Shown here: piece by piece, positions 22,751 through 33,461 of the stretch
Position numbering within the stretch: the stretch's first letter is position 1
Layout of the letters: each line of letters begins with the position of its first letter
Source: a virus
Direction: 5' to 3' (one strand)
IMG/VR virus record: IMGVR_UViG_3300045988_140580
Length of the DNA stretch: 39,708 bases
The notes under the pieces: generated by a model
The model's database searches: none
The model's input: only the letters and a program-made list of their open reading frames with translations
Told to the model about the DNA's origin: nothing
Translations under genes and position numbers: made by a program

Positions 22751-22792
22751 GGGAGAGGTTCACTCTTAGGGTTCCTCTCCCTATTTATTTAT
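22751..22792 (+). terminator. Intrinsic terminator after the capsid gene (GGGAGAGG ... CCTCTCCC stem followed by TATTTATTTATCT), analogous to T7 Tphi
   Basis: 8-bp GC-rich stem at 22751-22758 / 22774-22781 followed by a T-rich tract. Confidence 0.75.
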
Positions 22793-22817
22793 CTATGAAG
22801 AAAGGTGGGTGAGACAT

Positions 22818-23384
22818 ATGATACTTACACCATTGACTGAGTTAGATGCAATTAATGAAATTATCACAGCTACAGGTGAGGATGGGATTTTGTCTATTGA
22901 AGAAGTTTCAGAAAATGCAGATGCTACAATGGCTCAGAAGATGATAGAATCTGTAAGTCGAGAGATACAGCAGGAAGGATGGGACTTCAATACTATTCCA
23001 GAGGTTACATTATTTCCAGATACAAACACAGGAAAAATAAAATGGAATACATACTTCTTACGTCTAGGCTCAACTGAATACAGAAATAGAGGTGGATATC
23101 TTTATAACATTACAGACGGTACAGACAAATTCGCCACATCTGTAGTTTTTAGTAATGTTATTGTGCTTATTCCTTTCGATGAACTGCCAGAGGTTTTCAG
23201 AAAATATGTAACGACAAAAGCGGCCTTAGCATTTTCTACCCGTTTCTTGGGGGATGCTGAACTCGAAAACTCTTTGTCTTCTGAACTTTCTAAAGCGTAT
23301 GCTGATGTAATGACATACGAGTTAGACACACAGAAAGTAAATGTCTTTAATAATACTTCTGTATCTGAGGTGGGAACACGATGA
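22818..23384 (+). CDS. Tail tubular protein A (gp11-like)
   Basis: Similar to T7 gp11 (ELDAINEI..., RNRGGYLYN). ATG 22818 follows AAAGGTGGGTGAG. Confidence 0.85.
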   Translation: MILTPLTELDAINEIITATGEDGILSIEEVSENADATMAQKMIESVSREIQQEGWDFNTIPEVTLFPDTNTGKIKWNTYFLRLGSTEYRNRGGYLYNITDGTDKFATSVVFSNVIVLIPFDELPEVFRKYVTTKAALAFSTRFLGDAELENSLSSELSKAYADVMTYELDTQKVNVFNNTSVSEVGTR

Positions 23385-25699
23385 GTAATATGACCCAGAG
23401 AATAGACAACTTTATAGAAGGTGTGTCTCAACAGTCACCTATGTTGCGTCATGCTGAACAGCTAGAGGAACAAATTAATGGCTACAGTACTGAAGCAGGG
23501 GGATTACAGAAAAGACCTCCTACTATATCTATAAGTAAACTGTTTAGTGGCACTGAGACAAATGATAACCTATATGTTCATATTATAAATAGAGATGAAA
23601 CTGAGAGATATATTGTAATCTTAGATGTGACGAAAAAGAGTATCAGAGTATTTGATTTGTCGGGCAAGGAAATAAAAGTCACTGTAGAAGACCCAGATTA
23701 TTTGTCTGGTATCACAGGCAATTCATATGCTCAAATGAAAGCTATTACGGTGGCTGACTATACATTTATTCTGAATAAGACAAAGAAAGTACGTATGTCT
23801 GGCGTTAAGACTTCTGATACTATGGCTAATCAGGGGTGTCTAATTAATGTCAAACAGGGGCAATATGGTAGAACGTACAAAGTGTCTATTGATGGTAAGC
23901 AGGTCGCTTCCTATGAAACTCCTGATGGTTCACAAGCAGCTCATGTAAAGAATATTGCTACTGATTATATACGTGACCAACTAGCAACACAAATTCGTAG
24001 TGCAGGTTATACGGTTGATACAGGTTCGTCCTGGCTACGTGTTAGAGGTAATATTAGCAAGGTAGAAACATCTGACTCATTCAACAACTTGGCACTAATT
24101 GGAATTACATCATATACGAATAAATTCACAAACTTACCTGCTTCTGCTCCAGATGGCTACATTGTCTTAATTAGAGGTGAGTCTAATGCTGATGACGATT
24201 ACTATGTAAAATATTCTTCCAGTAGAAACATTTGGGTAGAGTCGGTGAAGACAGGAATAGATAATACAATAGACAAAAAGACGATGCCACATGCTCTAAT
24301 TCGTAATTCAGATGGAAGCTTTACTTTCAAAACCTTAGACTGGGCAGAACGAAAAACAGGTGATGAGAGCAGTAATGAAGAACCATCATTTGTTGGTAGC
24401 ACTATCAATGATTTGTTTTTCTACAGAAATCGTCTTGGATTCCTTAGTGGTGAGAATATCATTTTGTCTTCTTCTTCAGATTTATTTAATTTCTGGATGC
24501 AGAGTGTAGTGGATGTACAGGATGATGATACGATAGATACGAACGCACCTAACAACAAAGTGTCTGTTCTGTATAATGCTATTCCATTCTCAGGTGCTTT
24601 ATACGTATTCTCCGGCCAGACACAGTTTGCACTCACGGCAGACGGTACACTATCTCCTAAAAATGCCAGGCTGGATAGTATTACAGAGTTTACTTCAGAT
24701 ACAGATGTTATTCCTGTTGGTGCGGGTAATTCTGTGTACTTTGTCTCTAAGAGAGCGGATTTTGCTTCTGTCAATGAATATCGGGTAGCTCAATATTATA
24801 CAGATGTAAAGGATGCAGAAGATGTAACAGCTCATGTTCCTTATTATATCCCAAATGATGTCTACAGGATGATTGGTAGTTCTAATGACAATTTACTGTT
24901 CTGTATGTCTGATAATGACAAGCATATAATATATGTATATAAGTATTTGTATATGAACGGCAATAGGGTACAGAGTTCATGGTCTAAATGGAAATTTACA
25001 GGTGAAGTAATTGGCGCTGATTTTGTGGGATCTACTATGTATCTCGCTATCAAATATAGTGACAATTCAATATATCTTGAGAAACTGACTTTGAGTTACA
25101 ATACTGAGGATTTTAAAGATACAGAGAAATACCGTGTGATGCTTGATAGAAAAATAGAAGTAACATTGTCTACTGCTAATGCCACTGAGGATGACCAATA
25201 TATTATTATAGATGTGTCTAAATTGTATGGAGATGCGAATACTCATATCTCAATAGTTACGAATGACGGTATAGTGTATGAAGACAATAAAATTCTCAAA
25301 AATGATGTAACAAAGATGGGAAGCAAAGTAATAGTAGGTGTTCCATATGATTTTGAAATGACACTTTCTACTATTTATATGAAACAGAAAAACAGTCAGG
25401 GAAGTACAGTAACTATTCCTAGTTATAAGTTGATGTTGAGACACGTATTTTTTGACTATGCTGATACGGGTTTTATGGAAGTCGATGTTGACAATAAGTA
25501 TAGGTACAAACTGACAAATAAGAAAGTTGGTTCATATAGATTAGGTAATATTGCATTGCTCACCGGAACATTCAGAGTGCCGGTTAGAAAACTGAATACT
25601 AAAGCCGTTATAAAAGTAATCAATTCATCACCATTACCTTTGTCTATTATTGGTGGTGGTTATGAAGCCAATTACACAACAAGATTTAAGAATTTGTAA
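23381..25699 (+). CDS. Tail tubular protein B (gp12-like)
   Basis: 772-aa protein with segments matching T7 gp12: GLQKRPP, FFYRNRLGFLSGENIILS, and the IIGGGYE.NYTTR C-terminus. Confidence 0.93.
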   Translation: MSNMTQRIDNFIEGVSQQSPMLRHAEQLEEQINGYSTEAGGLQKRPPTISISKLFSGTETNDNLYVHIINRDETERYIVILDVTKKSIRVFDLSGKEIKVTVEDPDYLSGITGNSYAQMKAITVADYTFILNKTKKVRMSGVKTSDTMANQGCLINVKQGQYGRTYKVSIDGKQVASYETPDGSQAAHVKNIATDYIRDQLATQIRSAGYTVDTGSSWLRVRGNISKVETSDSFNNLALIGITSYTNKFTNLPASAPDGYIVLIRGESNADDDYYVKYSSSRNIWVESVKTGIDNTIDKKTMPHALIRNSDGSFTFKTLDWAERKTGDESSNEEPSFVGSTINDLFFYRNRLGFLSGENIILSSSSDLFNFWMQSVVDVQDDDTIDTNAPNNKVSVLYNAIPFSGALYVFSGQTQFALTADGTLSPKNARLDSITEFTSDTDVIPVGAGNSVYFVSKRADFASVNEYRVAQYYTDVKDAEDVTAHVPYYIPNDVYRMIGSSNDNLLFCMSDNDKHIIYVYKYLYMNGNRVQSSWSKWKFTGEVIGADFVGSTMYLAIKYSDNSIYLEKLTLSYNTEDFKDTEKYRVMLDRKIEVTLSTANATEDDQYIIIDVSKLYGDANTHISIVTNDGIVYEDNKILKNDVTKMGSKVIVGVPYDFEMTLSTIYMKQKNSQGSTVTIPSYKLMLRHVFFDYADTGFMEVDVDNKYRYKLTNKKVGSYRLGNIALLTGTFRVPVRKLNTKAVIKVINSSPLPLSIIGGGYEANYTTRFKNL

Positions 25700-25719
25700 G
25701 GAAAGGAGAGTTATATAAT

Positions 25720-26487
25720 ATGGGTGCAATGGGAGCTATTCAAGGTGGCCTAATGTTAACTCAGGCTTATACAGGATGGAAAGCTCAAAGAGACCAGGCG
25801 AAAGAGCAAGCAAAAGCTTTGTCTAAACAAGCAAGTGCCATAGGAAAAAATTTAGCGTATGCATTCCAGAACTATGAATTACAGCGTGTTGATGCCTTTG
25901 ATTCTGCTGTGAATAGTTTGATGAAGACAAGACAGCAGGCATTAGCACTTACTTCTAGTGTACGCGCAGCTATAAATGAAGAGACAAGCGGTAATTCAAG
26001 AACTGGCAGGGCACTACAGAGAGCTTCCAGTGCCGACGTGTTACGTACTGAAAGTTCCATTAAAGACAACTATGAAAGACAATCTGATGAAATAGACTTG
26101 AACAAAGAAGCAGAGAAAAGACAAGCTATTGATGAAATTAATAATATTAAAGCACAGGCTCCACAAATGCCGTCTGTCTGGTCACTCATAGGGCAGGTAG
26201 CAGGTGGGGCTTTGTCTATATATAATTCGTACCAGAATGCGAGTGAGTCAGCGGCTTCACAGGGGATGAAATTAGACACATGGTGGAGAGCAAAGAATCC
26301 AGAGACATATACAGCTAATCGGTATCACTTTAGTATTCCTACGTATTCTTCTGGACTTCCAAATAGCTACAATTATACAAACTATATGTCTAGAAATATT
26401 CCTATACGGTATTCTTTCCCTAACATGCCTACTTACTATACTCTTTTGCCTTCTACTTATACATACAAAAATACAAGGGGGTGGTGA
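25720..26487 (+). CDS. Internal virion protein, gp14-like
   Basis: Position and N-terminus resemble T7 gp14. Strong RBS AAAGGAGAG. Confidence 0.55.
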   Translation: MGAMGAIQGGLMLTQAYTGWKAQRDQAKEQAKALSKQASAIGKNLAYAFQNYELQRVDAFDSAVNSLMKTRQQALALTSSVRAAINEETSGNSRTGRALQRASSADVLRTESSIKDNYERQSDEIDLNKEAEKRQAIDEINNIKAQAPQMPSVWSLIGQVAGGALSIYNSYQNASESAASQGMKLDTWWRAKNPETYTANRYHFSIPTYSSGLPNSYNYTNYMSRNIPIRYSFPNMPTYYTLLPSTYTYKNTRGW

Positions 26488-26492
26488 ATTAG

Positions 26493-28742
26493 ATGGCAAA
26501 TACGAATACGAGCAATGCTGTGGGTACTGCCAGACAGTTCACACCACAGCCCCAGAGCACGTATCAAAGACAGCTTATAACCCCTAGATTAGGAAATACT
26601 ATTCGCTCCAAAGATGTACAGTCAGCAGGAGCACAGTTAGCAGAATCTTTGGGTGTTCTACAAAATGCAGTAGAAAAATACAGACAGGATTATGATACCA
26701 GACAAAAGGATATTGCAGACAAAGTAGTACCTATCCTGTATGGTAAAGAAGATCATGATACCCGGCTGACTGTTGATAGTGTCGCTCTTTTGAATAAAGC
26801 CGGTATAGGTGGTTTGCAAGATAATCCATATGCCTTGGCTTTGATAGACCAGTTGAGAGGGCAGGAAGTATCTTCTGAAATTCATAAGAGATATGATGCA
26901 TATGCTTCTCAGGAACGTCTGAAAGGTACTCTTGAGGATGAGATTAAGAGTTACGATGATTTCTATAATGAACATGTTCAGGACTATTTGTCTAATCTAA
27001 ACGTTAACAATAAGTACGCTATGGATAATGGCCTGTATGAATCACGAGTAGTTAATACTGGTAAAGTAGCGAGTAAGTTCATCACAGAAAAAGAAGAAGA
27101 AATGTCTATCAATCGTTCTGAAGCCATATCTTCTTTTGTCTCTGAAAATACACGCAATAGATGGAAATGGTCAGAAGATGAGGAAAATAGTTTTGTCTCA
27201 CAAGTTGGCAATCTTCTTACCACTACACAGGAGCGTGACCCGACAAAGAACTATCAGATACTAGACAACATGATGAAGACAATAGCTACTAATACAGGTA
27301 ACTACAATATATTATCTAAATTGAAGGAAGCTATTGTCTACGGTAATCAGCGCTTAGGTGATTTTATTGATATAGACAAATATAAAGACCTTGCCAATGA
27401 ATCCAATAAGGCACACTGGATGCAGAGAACACGAGATATATATGATAAGGTGTCTACAGCTAAAGACAAACGTTCTCTATATGAAATAGTAGATGGTTTT
27501 GATGATGATGAAGATAGACAAATTGCTTCTGGTTTTGTCAGTGGGCAGTTGTCCAGTATTGAAGCTGAGGACAGACAGAGAAGAGCGATTGAGCTTGCAT
27601 CTGCTAAGGCTATGGCTAAAGCTGCTGTTGGCAATATTAATCTAAAAGCACAGTTAGCAGCTATCATGAATGGACAGACAACAGATGCCATGGGAAATGG
27701 CGTTGTTACTACTGCTTCACAATTAAAATCGCTTGGTATAGATGAAAATGATATGATTCTCGCTATAGATTCAACTATTGAGAGTCTGAATTTTGATGAT
27801 CCTAATGCTATGTCTCAGCTGATGCGTTTGTCTTATCACCCGGCATATAAAGGAGCTTTTTCTAAGGTATTGCAATATGATGCTACAGCAGGTCTGAATA
27901 GTCTGACAATAGACAATCAAGAACTAACATCATCCTTAAAGCGATGCGTTGATTTATATTTGCGTTCTCCCAGTTTATTTAACGACATGATTCCTGATTC
28001 CAGTTTACAAGCAGGTGTCATGTGTGTAGCCACTCAGGGTGTTCCTACTTACTTACAGGTAAAAGATGTATTAGGAGACAAAAGTAAGCTTGAGCAGATA
28101 GACAAAGATATGAAAGATGCTGTACAGGATGGCGTATCTGGTATGTCTTTACCCTCCCTGGCTGATGGAAGTTCATATGAAGGATTTTCATATACAGAAC
28201 CTAACTCATTAGCTTTTAATGATACCTATAAAAACTACGCACGCATATACAGGGCAGAAGGTTTCTCTGTTGATGAAGCGATTCGGCAGACTAATTATCG
28301 TTTGTCTTCTGAATATTATGCTTTTAATGGTTGTCCTATTCCTAAATCAGTAGCACGACTGTGTGATATAGGTGGCACGGATGAAGACACCTGTAGATCA
28401 GCTTTCTACTGGGTACTTGGTAGTAAATTAAAGAATTACTGTGAAAGTGCAGGTGTAGACTCGTCGGTGGTAACTGTGTCTTATCGTTCGAATAATGCTA
28501 ATGGACAATCTATAGTTTCTTTCTCCAGTTCGGCAGGTATTGTATCGTATCCTTTAATGGGCGACAACGGTATTATCACTGAAGCTAGAGCAAACTTGGA
28601 ACAGAGTGGTAATCAGACATATGAAATTCCTGCCAGTGAGAAGCTCGCTAAGGAAGAAGATAATACTGCAAGAGATAATGCTATACAAACTAAGGAAGAT
28701 GAACAGTCATATGTATACGGTGGTAATCATTTCTGGATGTAA
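26493..28742 (+). CDS. Internal virion (core/ejection) protein, gp15-like
   Basis: 749 aa (T7 gp15 is 747 aa). Assigned by position between the gp14-like and gp16-like genes. Confidence 0.65.
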   Translation: MANTNTSNAVGTARQFTPQPQSTYQRQLITPRLGNTIRSKDVQSAGAQLAESLGVLQNAVEKYRQDYDTRQKDIADKVVPILYGKEDHDTRLTVDSVALLNKAGIGGLQDNPYALALIDQLRGQEVSSEIHKRYDAYASQERLKGTLEDEIKSYDDFYNEHVQDYLSNLNVNNKYAMDNGLYESRVVNTGKVASKFITEKEEEMSINRSEAISSFVSENTRNRWKWSEDEENSFVSQVGNLLTTTQERDPTKNYQILDNMMKTIATNTGNYNILSKLKEAIVYGNQRLGDFIDIDKYKDLANESNKAHWMQRTRDIYDKVSTAKDKRSLYEIVDGFDDDEDRQIASGFVSGQLSSIEAEDRQRRAIELASAKAMAKAAVGNINLKAQLAAIMNGQTTDAMGNGVVTTASQLKSLGIDENDMILAIDSTIESLNFDDPNAMSQLMRLSYHPAYKGAFSKVLQYDATAGLNSLTIDNQELTSSLKRCVDLYLRSPSLFNDMIPDSSLQAGVMCVATQGVPTYLQVKDVLGDKSKLEQIDKDMKDAVQDGVSGMSLPSLADGSSYEGFSYTEPNSLAFNDTYKNYARIYRAEGFSVDEAIRQTNYRLSSEYYAFNGCPIPKSVARLCDIGGTDEDTCRSAFYWVLGSKLKNYCESAGVDSSVVTVSYRSNNANGQSIVSFSSSAGIVSYPLMGDNGIITEARANLEQSGNQTYEIPASEKLAKEEDNTARDNAIQTKEDEQSYVYGGNHFWM

Positions 28743-28760
28743 GAAAGGTGGTGGAATTTC

Positions 28761-31700
28761 ATGAGCAAGAATGAAGATATAGCAAAATTTATGATGGCTA
28801 TCAAGGGGCAGGAGTCGGGCGGGGATTATACAAAACCTAATGAATCTGGCTCTGGTTGTACAGGGGCATACCAGTTCTGTCAAGGTACATGGGATGCATA
28901 TGCAAGCAGTGTAGCACCAGAGTATGTAGGAATAGATCCTGCCAGTGCACCACCAGATGTGCAGGATGCTGTGATGTATGCTAAGACTTCTGAAATGTAT
29001 GATAGATATGGTGGGGATACTCGCCTAATGGCTTTGGAACACTATGGTGGTTCTGGTGTAGCGGATAGGGCAATGGAGACAGGTGTCATTTCAGATGCAC
29101 CAGAGTGGTTCAATGGTGACAAGTATCCCTCTCAGTTAGAATATGCAAATGCCATAGCAAATGCTTCAGGTAGTGCAGTTCCTTCTTTTGGTGGCATGGA
29201 TAAAGCTGTGTCTAATAGCAGACCCATGTTACAACAAACAAGCGTACTACCTATTTTCATCAATCCGGATATATACAAGGTAGATAATACAGAGTTAAAC
29301 AATAGGCCTTTCTTTGATAAGTTGTCTGATTCATTCCAGAATATGTGGTATGAAAACGGAACTATATCTGCTATCCGGTCTGCTTTGATAAAGTCTGTTA
29401 ATAGAGGGTACGAGAAAAACTGGACACCTTCTGACGATGACCTGAAGTTAATGGACGATTTACTGGGGAATAATAAAGTAGCAAAACAGGCAGTACTTCT
29501 TAACTCCGACAATGAAGCACAATTCAGGGCATTTCTGAAGACAAAGAAAGAAGATATAGATAGAGCTAAGAGAGCGGAGCAAACTTCTTGGGGCATTCAT
29601 TCCATTATTGGGGGTGGCCTTGGAATGCTCCTTGACCCTCTGAATCTTATTCCTTTTGTGGGTGAAGGTGCTATGGTAGCTAAGGTAGGTTCTAAGTTAG
29701 GCCTGAAGACATTGGAGAACATAGGAGCTAAACGTGTCTATCAAATCGCAGAATCTGGGGCAACACAGGGATTAGTTAATATGGCGGATTCCTACCTTTC
29801 TGAAAGACACGGCATAAATGAAGCTAACTATGCTGTGTCTGGCCTACTCGGAGCGGCAGGTGGCGCAGGTGTTCGCTTGCTTAGGACCATGCGGAATATT
29901 CCAGGCACTAAGCTTGATGGTGAGAATATGCAGAAATTCATTGCTCAGACAAAAGCGCAGGAAGAACAGGCAGTCAGGGGAGCAATGGACATGGCAGATA
30001 ATGTTTCCTTGGTAACCAATGTGGATCTTAGACATAATGATACCCCTGTAGAAAGAGCAGTATCTGAAGTTTTGCGTTCTAAAGAAGACATAGCTAAAGG
30101 GCTTGATGAACTCACAGGTAGAAAAGTAACTACAGGTAAAGCAATGGAAAAAGCTGTGAGAATGACAACAACGAAATTACAACAGGCTAAAACTGTGTCT
30201 GACCTTGTAGGACGGAAAGCAAGCACTTTGTTACGTAAAGCAGGATTGGATAAGGATGCTTCTCTGTCTGATTTATTACAGGTAGCTAGAGACAATCCAG
30301 ATATTGGTAGACAGGTAAGAAAGGCTACTGAAAAGTATCTGAAAACACCTTTCTCGGATGGAGCATGGAACGGTTTTCTGTACAAGAAGGGTGAAAAGAG
30401 TGCAGATGAAAAAGCTAAGTATGCCATGGAAGCTCTTACTGATTCTGAAAAAGCTAATAACGTCCGCCTGCAAATCGAAAAGAATACTGGTGAAAAGGTA
30501 ACTAATGAGGATGTTAGACGGAGCTTAAAGAAAATACTGTATCAAGAAACTGGGGTTACGTACAAAGAGTCCGGAGACATCATAATCAATGGTACACGCA
30601 TTCGACCAGAATCGCCTGTACATGATTCTATTGTACATCCAGATATTTACTCTATTGGGATGGATGCACCAGAACTTGAAGATATGACAGTGGCTTCTCG
30701 CTCTGTGTCTCCTACGGAACTGAAGAAAGACGGAATAATCAGTAGGGAAGAACAGGAAGCTTTCCAGAAAGATACTGAGTTTGGTTCAAAGACACTTAGA
30801 GAAGTGGAAAAAGAATCACAGGTAGCATTCAAGAGCAGAGTGATGCAGTACGTAGGCAGAAAACTACAGGATAGTAAATATCTTGGTAATACCTATGGAC
30901 ATTTTACAAACTCTGTGTCTAATCATCTCCGTGACTTTGGTAGGAAGATGCTTGGTGATACAAGACAAAATGCTGATAGACTGACTGATGGTATGACTCT
31001 GGACTTCAACACACGAAAGGCAATAGCACGCAGAGAATTACAGAATTATCTCGGGCAGATGTACAGTCAGTATGTGTCTTTCTTTAACAAGAATCCTGGG
31101 ACTCCTACAGAAGTCAGGCAGAAATTTGGCAAACTGTTCACGGAAGCCTACGATTCGAAGGTTAAAAAAGGTCAGGTTATAGATGGATATCCGGACGAAA
31201 TTAAGGAAGCTGTTAAGTTGGCTGAACAGTTCCGTAAGGAAGAACAGTGGATGCTACATAAAGCCGGACTTCTGGATGATGTAATCCCAGACACAGGGTT
31301 TTACAGGAATGCTGATGTAGACAAAGTAGCTGACTTCCTTACTCACTTTGACACGACTGATGATGCTATTAGATGGTTGAAAAGATATGGAGCTGAAAAT
31401 GCAGACAGAAGTGCACTAGAAAGAATGTGGAAAGAAGACTTGGCTAAACGTGAAGCAGATATAGAAGCAAGACGTAAAGCCGGTAAGAAGATTACGGAAG
31501 CAGAGGAAGAAGCACTCGCTACTGAAACCTTAAATGATTTTATCAACAGAGAAGCTCATAACTGGGCATATGGTATTATAGACAGAAATTTGTCTAATTC
31601 CAGAATTGAGTTACGTGATCTGAATCATATGAATAAGCTTGAACAGTACCAGAGAAGATTCCCTGTAGACACAGCTGCTATTTCTTCCAGAGAACTTCCT

Positions 31701-33455
31701 AATGGTGGTGGCCTATGGTCCTTTGATGATTGTATGCGAGATCACGATATCTTTAAGACCATGGAACGAATAGCTGACCGTAGTTCTGCTAAAGCTACAT
31801 TACGCTCCTTTGGTGTAACAGATATGGGTAAGTTCTTTGATGATTACAGAGACAAGATATATAGGGAACTACGAGGTGCTAATGAAAACAGGCGGCTTAT
31901 CAATCGGTCAAAGGTAGAGGAAAGCTTGGAAGAATTTGACTATGTTGTCTCTAAGCTTATGGGGTATCGTTATGGAACTAAGCAAGCACAAGACCCAATG
32001 AAAGGTATGGTACGCTTACTCAATAAACTTTCCTATTCTATGAATGGCTTCAACATGGGGCTTAACCAGATAAATGAAAATATGGGGCTTATGTCTGTTA
32101 CTGGTAGCCGTGCCATAACTCATATGATTCCTGGGTTAGACAAAGTTTTACAGGGTATGAGACACACTGCACTTTCTCCGGATGAAATAAAGAAGCTACG
32201 TATAGCCAGTGATTACGCCCATTACAATTTCTTGAATCCAATGGACTTAACCACACCACAGGTAGAGCGTATAGGATTGAGAGCTAAGGTAATGGCTAAG
32301 GCAAATACTATGGCTGACTATGCTTCTGATATGACTTCCATGATAAACAGATTGTCCGCGTGGACTTCTAATGCTGTCAGTCTGGGCGAAGCTGATGTTA
32401 TGTCTGATTTGGTGGACTGGGCTGTTCTGGGTAAGACAAGGAAGAAGATATTTTCTGATAGGTTCATGAGAGAAGCCGGGGTGCGTGATGTAGATAAATT
32501 CAAAGACACAATCAATAAGTACTTTGGTAATTTAGACCATGATGATCCGGATGCTGTATTCAAGGCTATACATGAAATGCAGGAGAAAGACTATCAAGCC
32601 TTTGTCTCCATGAGAGCATTGTCAGCGCAAGCAGTACAGAGAGGTATCTTACAGCCTAATTTGTCTAATGATAATTACTTTGCTAAAAAAGGTATGTGGC
32701 CTATTCTGTTTCAGTTTAAGAACTTCTCCAGAATGGCTTTGGATTCCCATTTAGCAAGAGCCTTGGAAAGACCAGACAGGGAAGTAATGACACAGCTCTT
32801 GTCTTCAGGGGTAGCAGGTGCAGGTATCTGGGCATTACGAACACAAGCGTATGCAAATTATAAATATAAAGACGAAAAGGAAAGACAAAAATATCTTGAT
32901 GATACCTTAACGGCAGATAATTTTGCTCGTGCAGGTATTACCAGAAGTTCATTGTTAGCCGGATTATCTTATGGGAACGACTTGTACGAAATGATATCGG
33001 GTGCTCCTACTGTACGTACTACTGTAAATAGACAAGGACAGGCTACGGGAATTGGCGATTATGTCAATCAGTTACCTGCCTTTGGTTCAGCTAATACTAT
33101 AGTGTCTGGAGTTGGTGGTGTGTGGGGTGCTATGCACGACCTTGTGAAAGATCATGAAGTATATCAAGATGATGCTAAAACAGTAGCTAACATGTTCCCG
33201 ATAGACAAATTTGTAGGCACACAGGCTGTTTTGTCTGGAATGCTCGATATCCACAAAGGACAAACCGTAGAAAATAACTTTAAGAAGCGTCCGGAAAAGA
33301 GACTGACTAACAATCCTGTACAGATGCTGAAAGACTATGTTACAGGGACAAATGATGTAAAAGAACAGAATGAAAAGATGAAAGAAAGCCAGAAAAAGAA
33401 AAGAGACAAAAATAAAAAGAAAGAAATTATTCCTATGAATGGAGAAAGGTGGTAA
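28761..33455 (+). CDS. Internal virion protein gp16-like with an N-terminal lytic transglycosylase (SLT) domain
   Basis: 1564-aa protein. The N-terminus has the catalytic E-S (AIKGQESGG) and GAYQF..GTW, as in SLT domains. Large size and position match gp16. Confidence 0.8.
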   Translation: MSKNEDIAKFMMAIKGQESGGDYTKPNESGSGCTGAYQFCQGTWDAYASSVAPEYVGIDPASAPPDVQDAVMYAKTSEMYDRYGGDTRLMALEHYGGSGVADRAMETGVISDAPEWFNGDKYPSQLEYANAIANASGSAVPSFGGMDKAVSNSRPMLQQTSVLPIFINPDIYKVDNTELNNRPFFDKLSDSFQNMWYENGTISAIRSALIKSVNRGYEKNWTPSDDDLKLMDDLLGNNKVAKQAVLLNSDNEAQFRAFLKTKKEDIDRAKRAEQTSWGIHSIIGGGLGMLLDPLNLIPFVGEGAMVAKVGSKLGLKTLENIGAKRVYQIAESGATQGLVNMADSYLSERHGINEANYAVSGLLGAAGGAGVRLLRTMRNIPGTKLDGENMQKFIAQTKAQEEQAVRGAMDMADNVSLVTNVDLRHNDTPVERAVSEVLRSKEDIAKGLDELTGRKVTTGKAMEKAVRMTTTKLQQAKTVSDLVGRKASTLLRKAGLDKDASLSDLLQVARDNPDIGRQVRKATEKYLKTPFSDGAWNGFLYKKGEKSADEKAKYAMEALTDSEKANNVRLQIEKNTGEKVTNEDVRRSLKKILYQETGVTYKESGDIIINGTRIRPESPVHDSIVHPDIYSIGMDAPELEDMTVASRSVSPTELKKDGIISREEQEAFQKDTEFGSKTLREVEKESQVAFKSRVMQYVGRKLQDSKYLGNTYGHFTNSVSNHLRDFGRKMLGDTRQNADRLTDGMTLDFNTRKAIARRELQNYLGQMYSQYVSFFNKNPGTPTEVRQKFGKLFTEAYDSKVKKGQVIDGYPDEIKEAVKLAEQFRKEEQWMLHKAGLLDDVIPDTGFYRNADVDKVADFLTHFDTTDDAIRWLKRYGAENADRSALERMWKEDLAKREADIEARRKAGKKITEAEEEALATETLNDFINREAHNWAYGIIDRNLSNSRIELRDLNHMNKLEQYQRRFPVDTAAISSRELPNGGGLWSFDDCMRDHDIFKTMERIADRSSAKATLRSFGVTDMGKFFDDYRDKIYRELRGANENRRLINRSKVEESLEEFDYVVSKLMGYRYGTKQAQDPMKGMVRLLNKLSYSMNGFNMGLNQINENMGLMSVTGSRAITHMIPGLDKVLQGMRHTALSPDEIKKLRIASDYAHYNFLNPMDLTTPQVERIGLRAKVMAKANTMADYASDMTSMINRLSAWTSNAVSLGEADVMSDLVDWAVLGKTRKKIFSDRFMREAGVRDVDKFKDTINKYFGNLDHDDPDAVFKAIHEMQEKDYQAFVSMRALSAQAVQRGILQPNLSNDNYFAKKGMWPILFQFKNFSRMALDSHLARALERPDREVMTQLLSSGVAGAGIWALRTQAYANYKYKDEKERQKYLDDTLTADNFARAGITRSSLLAGLSYGNDLYEMISGAPTVRTTVNRQGQATGIGDYVNQLPAFGSANTIVSGVGGVWGAMHDLVKDHEVYQDDAKTVANMFPIDKFVGTQAVLSGMLDIHKGQTVENNFKKRPEKRLTNNPVQMLKDYVTGTNDVKEQNEKMKESQKKKRDKNKKKEIIPMNGERW

Positions 33456-33461
33456 CACATT

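Noticed and set aside
29132-30427. Several minus-strand ORFs (154 aa, 160 aa and others) inside the gp16-like gene
   Set aside because: They are antisense to a 1564-aa conserved structural gene. The whole genome is otherwise transcribed rightward from phage promoters, and no regulatory signals are present.
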